A stretch of 26,378 bases of DNA from Actinomycetota bacterium (GTDB taxonomy: Bacteria > Actinomycetota > UBA4738 > HRBIN12): assembly GCA_046734555.1 (NCBI GenBank), contig JBKPRM010000150.1:1-26378 (forward strand), given 5' to 3'. The notes under the pieces are model-generated. The model worked only from the letters and a program-made list of their open reading frames with translations, made no database searches and was not told where the DNA came from. Positions within the stretch are counted from its first letter, which is position 1; every line of letters begins with the position of its first letter. The position numbers were made by a program, and so were the translations under genes. This document shows, in pieces, positions 16,135-26,378 of this stretch.

Positions 16135-16169
16135 CCGCGGCAGCCCTGCCGGGGCCTGGTTGCGCACGC

Positions 16170-16198
16170 TTGACGCTTGGTCGCGCCGTGCGTAGACT
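16170..16198 (+). promoter_or_regulatory. rpoBC proximal promoter
   Basis: TTGACG-N17-TAGACT. Confidence 0.8.
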
Positions 16199-16268
16199 GC
16201 TCGTTTGCCGTGCCGTCCGCTGCGCTCTTCGTCGTGCGCCCAACGACTTCCCGGGAGGGATCTAGGCC

Positions 16269-19718
<3,450 letters not shown>

Positions 19719-19801
19719 GCGCGGACATCGGGAACACGCCAGCGTTGGAAACAGTGGGACTGCACCGTCGCCCAAGGAACCAAGAGGAGGCGAGCGCGTA
19801 A

Positions 19802-22800
19802 GTGTTGGACGTCAACTATTTCGATGAGCTCCGGATCGGCCTTGCCACCGCGGACCAGATCCGCGCGTGGTCCAACGGAGAGGTCAAGAAGCCGGAGACC
19901 ATCAACTACCGCACCCTGAAGCCTGAGAAGGACGGCCTGTTCTGCGAGCGCATCTTCGGGCCGACCCGGGATTGGGAGTGCCACTGCGGCAAGTACAAGC
20001 GCGTCCGGTTCAAGGGCATCATCTGCGAGCGCTGCGGCGTCGAGATCACCCGCTCGAAGGTCCGCCGTGACCGCATGGGTCACATCGAGCTCGCCGCTCC
20101 GGTGACCCACATCTGGTACTTCAAGGGTGTTCCGTCTCGGCTGGGCTACCTCCTCGACCTGGCGCCCAAGGATCTCGAGCGGATCATCTACTTCGCGGCC
20201 TACGTGGTCACGCGGATCGACGACGAGCGCCGGCACAAGGACCTGCCGGGCATCGCGAACGAGATGGAGGCCGAGAAGCGAGACATCGAGGCCTCGCGTG
20301 ACGAGGACGTCAAGAAGCGGTTGAACGAGCTCGAGGGCCGCCTGAAGGAGCTCCAGGACGAGGGTGCGAAGGGCGCGCAGCTCACCGCCGCGAAGCGGGA
20401 GGCCCAGCGCGAGGTCGAGAAGATCCACGAGGCGGCGGGTCGCGAGACGCAGCACCTCGACGACGTCTTGGCCGCCTTCAAGAGCCTGAAGATGAAGCAG
20501 CTGGTGGCGGACGACAACGTCTACCGCAGCCTGCGCGAGCGGTTCGCCGACTACTTCGACGGCGGCATGGGCGCCGAGGCGATCAAGCGACTGCTCACCG
20601 ATATGGACACGGTGGCCGAGGCCGACAACCTCAAGGAGATCATCGAGACCGGCAAGGGCACCAAGAAGCTCAAGGCGATCAAGCGTCTGAAGGTCGTCTC
20701 GAACTTCGCCGAGGGCCGGTCGCTGCCCACGGGCATGGTGCTCGACGCCGTGCCCGTGATCCCGCCTGACCTCCGCCCGATGGTGCAGCTCGACGGCGGG
20801 CGTTTCGCGACGTCCGACCTGAACGACCTGTACCGCCGCGTGATCAACCGCAACAACAGGCTGAAGCGCCTGCTCGACCTGCAGGCTCCCGAGATCATCG
20901 TGAACAACGAGAAGCGGATGCTGCAGGAGGCCGTTGACGCGCTGTTCGACAACGGTCGGCGCGGTCGTCCGGTCACCGGCCCGGGCAATCGGCCCCTGAA
21001 GTCGATCAGCGACATGTTGAAGGGCAAGCAGGGCCGGTTCCGTCAGAACCTGCTCGGCAAGCGCGTTGACTACTCGGGACGCTCCGTCATCGTGGTCGGG
21101 CCGGAGCTCCGGCTGCACCAGTGCGGGCTGCCCAAGCAGATGGCGCTCGAGCTGTTCAAGCCGTTCGTGATGAAGCGGCTCGTCGATCAGGCGTTGGCGC
21201 AGAACATCAAGAGCGCTAAGCGCATGGTCGAGCGCGCCCGGCCGCAGGTCTGGGACGTGCTCGAGGAGGTCATCCGCGAGCACCCGGTGCTGCTGAACCG
21301 TGCGCCGACGCTGCACCGGCTGGGCATCCAGGCTTTCGAGCCGGTGCTGGTCGAGGGTAAGGCGATCAAGATCCACCCGCTCGTGTGCTCGGCGTTCAAC
21401 GCCGACTTCGACGGGGACCAGATGGCGGTGCACGTGCCGCTGTCCGCTGAGGCACAGGCCGAGGCGCGGATCTTGATGCTGTCGACCAACAACATCCTGT
21501 CCCCAGCGCACGGTCGCCCGATCGCGACGCCCACCCAGGACATGGTCCTCGGGCTCTACTACTTGACGTACGCGGTCAACGAGGAGCTCGACGACGAGGT
21601 CATCCCGGTGTTCGGGTCAGAGGCCGAGGCGCTGCTGGCGCTCGACGGTGGTCACCCGATCCACGACCCCATCAAGATCCGGCTCACCGGCAAGTCGCTG
21701 CCCAGCTCGCTGTTGCCCGAGGGCTATGACGCGGGCGCCGAGGGATGGGCCGGGCGCACGCCGGTGATCCGGACGACGATCGGTAGGGTGATCTTCAACG
21801 GCGCGTTCCCGAACGACTTCACGTTCCGGGACCACCAGGTGCTGAAGGCCGATATCGCGAGGCTCGTCGACGAGGTCGTGCACACGTATGACCGCGCGAC
21901 GGTCGAGCAGGTGCTCGACAACCTCAAGAACCTCGGGTTCCACTACGCGACCCGCGCCGGCGTCACGATCGGCGTCGAGGACGTGACGACGCCTGAGGCG
22001 AAGGCGCGGATCCTCGACGATCACGAGAAGCGTGCCGCCAAGGTCGAGCAGCAGTTCAAGCGCGGGATCATCACCGACGACGAGCGTCGCCAGGAGCTGA
22101 TCGAGATCTGGACCGAGGCGACCGACGAGGTCCAGAAGGCGATGGAGGCGCAGTTCACGCCGACGAACCCCATCTACATGATGGCCAACTCGGGCGCCCG
22201 CGGGAACGCGATGCAGATCCGCCAGGTGGCGGGCATGCGCGGCCTCGTGGCCAACCCGAAGGGCGAGATCATCCCGCGGCCCATCAAGTCCAACTTCCGC
22301 GAGGGACTCACCGTGCTCGAGTACTTCATCTCGACGCACGGCGCCCGCAAGGGATTGGCCGACACGGCGCTGCGCACCGCGGACTCCGGATACCTCACCC
22401 GGCGACTCGTCGACGTCGCACAGGAGGTCATCATCCGCGAGGAGGACTGTGGAACCGACCGGTCGATCCCGATCCGCGTGAACGTGGAGCGACCTGACGG
22501 CAGCGTGACCAAGCATTCCCACGTCGACACGTCGTTGTTCGGGCGTGTCCTCGCCGAGGACGTCAAGGTCGGCAAGACCGTGATCGCCAAGGCGGGGGAG
22601 GAGCTCTCCGACGAGCTGGCCGCCAAGGTGATCGAGTCCGGCGTGTTGGAGGTGCGAGCACGGTCGGTGACGACCTGCGAGGCCGAGATCGGCGTCTGTG
22701 CGATGTGCTACGGCCGCTCGCTCGCGACGGGCCGGATGGTCGACATCGGCGAGGCGGTCGGCATCATCGCCGCGCAGTCGATCGGCGAGCCGGGCACCCA

Positions 22801-23725
22801 GCTCACGATGCGGACGTTCCACACGGGCGGTGTCGCGGGCGAGGACATCACCCACGGCCTGCCGCGTGTGCAGGAACTGTTCGAGGCGCGGAAGCCCAAG
22901 GGCGAGGCGCAGATCACCGAGCTCGCAGGCGAGGTCAACGTCGAGGACGACGACGAGAAGCACGTGCGTCGGATCCGCGTCACCGATGAGACCGGCGACA
23001 TGGTCGAGTACCCGGTGTCGTATCGGGCGCGTCTGACGGTGAGCACCGGCGACAAGGTCGAGGTCGGGCAACAGGTGACCGAGGGATCGGTCAACCCGCA
23101 CGACATCCTGCGCGTCAAGGGTGTCCTGGCGCTCCAGCAGCACCTGAGCGACGAGGTACAGCTCGTCTACCGCTCCCAGGGCGTCACCATCCACGACAAG
23201 CACATCGAGTTGATCGCACGCCAGATGCTCCGCAAGGTGCACATCATCGAGCCCGGCGACACGGACTTCCTGCCGGGCGACCTGATCAACCGGCGCGTGT
23301 TCGAAGATCGCAACGGCGAGGTCGTCGAGGAGGGCGGTACCCCCGCGTCGGCGCGGCCGGTGCTCCTGGGCATCACGAAGGCGTCGCTCGCGACCGACTC
23401 GTGGCTGTCGGCGGCCTCCTTCCAGGAGACGACGAAGGTCCTCACCGACGCGGCGATCGGCGGCAGGTCCGACCCGCTGCTCGGCCTGAAGGAGAACGTG
23501 ATCATCGGCAAGCTGATCCCGGCCGGCACGGGCATGAACCGCTACCGCAACGCGCAGGTGCGGATCAAGCCCGAGGCGATCCCCGAGTACTGGCTCCAGC
23601 GGCAGAAGGAGCTGGCGGACGCCGCCGCCGACGTCGACGGCTATCGCGAGGGCGCGGAACCTGCCCTCGTCGGGCTCACCCGCGAGCAGGCAGAGCGGAT
23701 GCTCGGGGGCGGCGCCGAAGAGTAA
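19802..23725 (+). CDS. rpoC: DNA-directed RNA polymerase subunit beta'
   Basis: N-terminal Zn finger (CERIFG...CHCGK...CERCGVE), catalytic [12 protein letters not shown], bridge helix/trigger loop ([13 protein letters not shown]), [11 protein letters not shown]. Confidence 0.99.
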   Translation: MLDVNYFDELRIGLATADQIRAWSNGEVKKPETINYRTLKPEKDGLFCERIFGPTRDWECHCGKYKRVRFKGIICERCGVEITRSKVRRDRMGHIELAAPVTHIWYFKGVPSRLGYLLDLAPKDLERIIYFAAYVVTRIDDERRHKDLPGIANEMEAEKRDIEASRDEDVKKRLNELEGRLKELQDEGAKGAQLTAAKREAQREVEKIHEAAGRETQHLDDVLAAFKSLKMKQLVADDNVYRSLRERFADYFDGGMGAEAIKRLLTDMDTVAEADNLKEIIETGKGTKKLKAIKRLKVVSNFAEGRSLPTGMVLDAVPVIPPDLRPMVQLDGGRFATSDLNDLYRRVINRNNRLKRLLDLQAPEIIVNNEKRMLQEAVDALFDNGRRGRPVTGPGNRPLKSISDMLKGKQGRFRQNLLGKRVDYSGRSVIVVGPELRLHQCGLPKQMALELFKPFVMKRLVDQALAQNIKSAKRMVERARPQVWDVLEEVIREHPVLLNRAPTLHRLGIQAFEPVLVEGKAIKIHPLVCSAFNADFDGDQMAVHVPLSAEAQAEARILMLSTNNILSPAHGRPIATPTQDMVLGLYYLTYAVNEELDDEVIPVFGSEAEALLALDGGHPIHDPIKIRLTGKSLPSSLLPEGYDAGAEGWAGRTPVIRTTIGRVIFNGAFPNDFTFRDHQVLKADIARLVDEVVHTYDRATVEQVLDNLKNLGFHYATRAGVTIGVEDVTTPEAKARILDDHEKRAAKVEQQFKRGIITDDERRQELIEIWTEATDEVQKAMEAQFTPTNPIYMMANSGARGNAMQIRQVAGMRGLVANPKGEIIPRPIKSNFREGLTVLEYFISTHGARKGLADTALRTADSGYLTRRLVDVAQEVIIREEDCGTDRSIPIRVNVERPDGSVTKHSHVDTSLFGRVLAEDVKVGKTVIAKAGEELSDELAAKVIESGVLEVRARSVTTCEAEIGVCAMCYGRSLATGRMVDIGEAVGIIAAQSIGEPGTQLTMRTFHTGGVAGEDITHGLPRVQELFEARKPKGEAQITELAGEVNVEDDDEKHVRRIRVTDETGDMVEYPVSYRARLTVSTGDKVEVGQQVTEGSVNPHDILRVKGVLALQQHLSDEVQLVYRSQGVTIHDKHIELIARQMLRKVHIIEPGDTDFLPGDLINRRVFEDRNGEVVEEGGTPASARPVLLGITKASLATDSWLSAASFQETTKVLTDAAIGGRSDPLLGLKENVIIGKLIPAGTGMNRYRNAQVRIKPEAIPEYWLQRQKELADAAADVDGYREGAEPALVGLTREQAERMLGGGAEE

Positions 23726-23748
23726 GCGACAGGTTCCACACGCGGTTC

Positions 23749-23776
23749 CGGAAGGGCCCCTTCGGGGGCCCTTCCG
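23749..23776. terminator. Hairpin terminator after rpoC, facing the convergent oxidoreductase
   Basis: CGGAAGGGCCCC-TTCG-GGGGCCCTTCCG perfect 12-bp stem with cUUCGg tetraloop. Confidence 0.88.
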
Positions 23777-23843
23777 CGTTCCGAGCGGGCGTACCGTGCG
23801 TGCGCGATGCTCGGGGAGCTCTGCTCACCTCGGGAGCCGGCCG

Positions 23844-25214
23844 CTACGGCGCGATGTTCTGGTTCAGGTGGAACAGGTTTTCCGGATCGTAGGACCGCTT
23901 GACCTCCACCAGGCGATCGTAGTTCGGACCGTAGTTGGCACGGATCCGACCTTGATCGTCACCCGCCATGAAGTTGATGTAGCCGCCTTCCTCCGACAGT
24001 GGCGCCGTCGCCTCGTAGTAGTCGCGCACCCAGGAGATGTTGGCCTCGTTCTGAGCCGGGTCGGGCCACATGCCTGCGATCACCGTCGCGAAGTTCGCCT
24101 CGCGATGCGCGAACGCGGTGTCGGTCGCCCCGACCCGATGTGCTGCACCATCGATCGGGTAGATGTGCACGGTGGAGTTCACCACCGGCACGTCGGGACC
24201 GTGTCGCAGGTGCGCGTCGATGATGTCGTCGGTGAGTTCCGTGACGAAGTTCGCCTTCCAGTAGTGCTGCAGACCCGGTGGGACGAGCGCGTCGAACGCC
24301 GCGTTGAGCGCCGCGTACGGCATCGCCCCGACGTGTTCGGCGACCACGGGGGCGACGTCGCGGATCGGCTTCAACATCGCCTCGCCCTGCTCGATCGGCC
24401 CCGCCCAGCAGGCGACGAACGCGAGCAGCGTGTCGCCGTGGCGCTCCTCGGGGATGAAGGGCAGTGGCGGGGCGATCTGGTATGCGGGGAAACCGCCGAA
24501 CTCCTCGGGCGCGTCGGCGATGAACGCGCGGTACCACTCCAGCACCTCGCGAGCGTCGTCGAGCTCGAAGAACATCGGTCCCCCGTAGATCTCCTGGAGC
24601 GGGTGCAGTCGGAACTCGAGTGCAGTGACCACGCCGAAGTTGCCGCCGCCGCCGCGGAGCGCCCAGAAGAGGTCCTCGTGCTCGCGATCGTTCGCTGTGA
24701 CGGTGCGCCCCTCGGCGGTCACGACTTCCGCAGAGACGAGGTTGTCGATCGACAGGCCATGGCCGCGAGTGAGGTAGCCGATGCCGCCGCCGAGCGTGAG
24801 GCCAGAGACGCCCGTCGTCGAGATGATGCCGCCGGTCGTGGCCAGGCCGTGAGCGCCGGTCGCGTCGTTGAAGTCGCCCCAGGTGGCGCCCCCCTCCGCC
24901 CGAGCGGTTCGGGCGCCCGCGTCGACGGTGACCGTCCGCATCGTCGACAGATCGATCACGACGCCGCCGTCGTTCGTGCCGAATCCCGCCACGCCGTGGC
25001 CACCGCCGCGAACGGAGAGGTCGATGCCTGCGTCGCGCGCATGGTTGACCGCTGCCGTCACGTCGGAGACCGCGGCCGGTCTGACGACCGCCGCCGGCCG
25101 CTTGTCGATCATCGCGTTGTAGACGGCACGTGCCTCGTCATAGCCCTCGTCGTCAGGTGTGACGACGACGCCCTGGACCTGGTCGCGGAGCTGCTCGATG
25201 TTCGTCGTTCCCAT
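23844..25214 (-). CDS. FAD-binding oxidoreductase, berberine-bridge/PCMH family (FAD_binding_4 + BBE)
   Basis: YDEARAVYNAMIDKRPAAVV, RGGGH (putative covalent FAD His), GLTLGGGIG, DLFWALRGGGGNFGVVT, C-terminal YINF...NYDRLVEVKRSYDPENLFHLNQNI; SD GAGGAGG. Confidence 0.95.
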   Translation of the reverse strand: MGTTNIEQLRDQVQGVVVTPDDEGYDEARAVYNAMIDKRPAAVVRPAAVSDVTAAVNHARDAGIDLSVRGGGHGVAGFGTNDGGVVIDLSTMRTVTVDAGARTARAEGGATWGDFNDATGAHGLATTGGIISTTGVSGLTLGGGIGYLTRGHGLSIDNLVSAEVVTAEGRTVTANDREHEDLFWALRGGGGNFGVVTALEFRLHPLQEIYGGPMFFELDDAREVLEWYRAFIADAPEEFGGFPAYQIAPPLPFIPEERHGDTLLAFVACWAGPIEQGEAMLKPIRDVAPVVAEHVGAMPYAALNAAFDALVPPGLQHYWKANFVTELTDDIIDAHLRHGPDVPVVNSTVHIYPIDGAAHRVGATDTAFAHREANFATVIAGMWPDPAQNEANISWVRDYYEATAPLSEEGGYINFMAGDDQGRIRANYGPNYDRLVEVKRSYDPENLFHLNQNIAP

Positions 25215-25264
25215 CGTGAGACCCTCCTCGGTTCCGCTCGGACCACCGGACCGTAGGCGCCAGG

Positions 25265-25285
25265 CGTGTGACGGGTCGTGTGACG
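25265..25285. repeat. 9-bp perfect direct repeat CGTGTGACG-GGT-CGTGTGACG; candidate operator
   Basis: Two copies with a 12-nt period, 9 nt upstream of a minus-strand -10 TACGGT (25250-25255) of the oxidoreductase gene. Confidence 0.65.
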
Positions 25286-25330
25286 CAGGACACCTTGTCG
25301 CGAGCCCTCGGCGAGGTGAGGATGCTGGTC

Positions 25331-26378
25331 ATGGCCACCGAGGTGCAGCTCCTTGGGCCGCCGATCGTCACTCGCGATGGCGTGGTCCACGCGGCGCCAC
25401 GTGGACGCAAGGTCTGGGGGCTGCTCGCCTACCTCGGGCTGGCCGAGCAGGCGCCGACACGGCAGCTGTTGATCGACCTCCTGTTCCCCGACGCCGAGGA
25501 CCCCGCCAACGCACTGCGATGGAACCTGTCCGAGCTCCGGCGATTGCTCGGCGGCCCGGGCACCGTTGGGAGCGGGAACACGGTGGAGCTCCGGCTGCCG
25601 GCGCGTTCTCGGATCGACGTCCTCGTGTTGCAAGCGGGAACGTCGGCCGCAGCCGTCAAGCTGCCCGGACTCGGGCGTGAGCTCCTCGAGGCGGTGCGGA
25701 TCGACGCGACACCGGGGTTCGATGCTTGGCTGCTCGCGCAGCGCCGCCGTATCGCATCCCTCAGCGGGGCGGTGCTGCGCGAGGGTGCCTTGCAGGCCCT
25801 CGCGGCGGGTGACCCTGCTGCCGCGATCGGGTTCGCGACGCGGCTCGTGGGCGCGGACCCGTTGAACGCCGACGCCCACGTGTTGCTCGTGCGGAGCTTC
25901 GCCGCCGCCGAGGACGAGACCGCGGTGCAGGATCAGTTCGTGGCCTCCCGGGAGCTCTTCCGTGAGGAGCTCGGGCTCGATCTCGCGGGCGAGTTGTACG
26001 AGGCCGCGCGCATGGCACCCCGTGGTCCCGCGACCGCACGGCTCGGCGCGGCGGCCGCGCGCGCGATGATCGAGTCGGGCGAGGCCGCCGTCGGCGCGGG
26101 CGCGATCGATGCGGGTATCCGTGAACTTCGCGAGGCGGCAGAGACGGCGGCCGGCGATCCGGCGATCGAGGCGATCGCATGGTGCGCGCTCGGTTCCGCC
26201 CTCGTGCACGCGACGAAAGGGCGCGATGAGGAAGGGGCCGCCGCACTGCACCGCGCGATCCGGGCTGCCGGGTCGGTGGGGGATCGTCGCACGCTCGCCG
26301 CGGCCCACCGCGAGCTCGGCTACGTGGAAGTGCTCCGTGCGGCGTACGCCCGCGGTGCCGTCCAGCTCCGCCGGGCAG
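25331..26378 (+). CDS. SARP/AfsR-like transcriptional regulator (winged HTH + BTAD + TPR-like), 3'-truncated by the window edge
   Basis: Not in the ORF track. I translated an open frame from ATG 25331 to the window end: MATEVQLLGPP...GRKVWGLLAYL...RQLLIDLLFPDAEDPANALRWNLSELRRLLG...GRELLE...FDAWLLAQRRR...DPLNADAHVLLVR...EELG. SD GAGGTGAGG precedes it. Confidence 0.9.
   Translation, partial: MATEVQLLGPPIVTRDGVVHAAPRGRKVWGLLAYLGLAEQAPTRQLLIDLLFPDAEDPANALRWNLSELRRLLGGPGTVGSGNTVELRLPARSRIDVLVLQAGTSAAAVKLPGLGRELLEAVRIDATPGFDAWLLAQRRRIASLSGAVLREGALQALAAGDPAAAIGFATRLVGADPLNADAHVLLVRSFAAAEDETAVQDQFVASRELFREELGLDLAGELYEAARMAPRGPATARLGAAAARAMIESGEAAVGAGAIDAGIRELREAAETAAGDPAIEAIAWCALGSALVHATKGRDEEGAAALHRAIRAAGSVGDRRTLAAAHRELGYVEVLRAAYARGAVQLRRA

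Noticed and set aside
19719-19801. 83-nt rpoB-rpoC spacer as a regulatory RNA
   Set aside because: No stable stem or recognisable motif beyond the SD AAGAGGAGG.
20220-20490. Long coiled-coil insertion in the RpoC N-terminal region
   Set aside because: Corresponds to the known actinobacterial beta' lineage-specific insertion; useful for taxonomy, not novel.
25109-26308. 399-aa minus-strand ORF at the window end
   Set aside because: It is the antisense shadow of the + strand SARP-like gene, which the ORF track missed because it has no stop codon in the window.

Overview
High-GC window from a member of the Actinomycetota (RpoC carries the actinobacterial coiled-coil insertion; gene order and RpoB/RpoC sequences fit). 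My impression is a deep-branching, probably uncultured lineage, which I cannot verify here. The backbone is the conserved transcription/translation cluster on the + strand: hadA-like/hadB-like MaoC dehydratases, tRNA-Trp, secE, nusG, rplK, rplA, rplJ, rplL, rpoB, rpoC. Accessory genes interrupt four internal junctions and also follow rpoC: a 540-aa all-helical repeat protein (antisense, before tRNA-Trp), a RimJ/RimL-type GNAT (antisense, nusG/rplK), a complete 7-gene chemosensory operon cheA-cheW-mcp-cheY-cheB-cheR-cheX with a candidate sigma28-type promoter (antisense, rplA/rplJ), an XRE regulator (rplL/rpoB), and an FAD oxidoreductase with a divergent SARP-like regulator (after rpoC; the regulator is not in the ORF track and runs off the window). 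Cis elements readable from the sequence include an L1-binding leader, an L10 leader with attenuator-like hairpin, tandem rpoB promoters and three strong hairpin terminators at convergent junctions. No integrase, IS, CRISPR or prophage was seen. The most promising items are the embedded chemosensory operon, the uncharacterised repeat protein and a roughly 40-aa insertion in RpoB.
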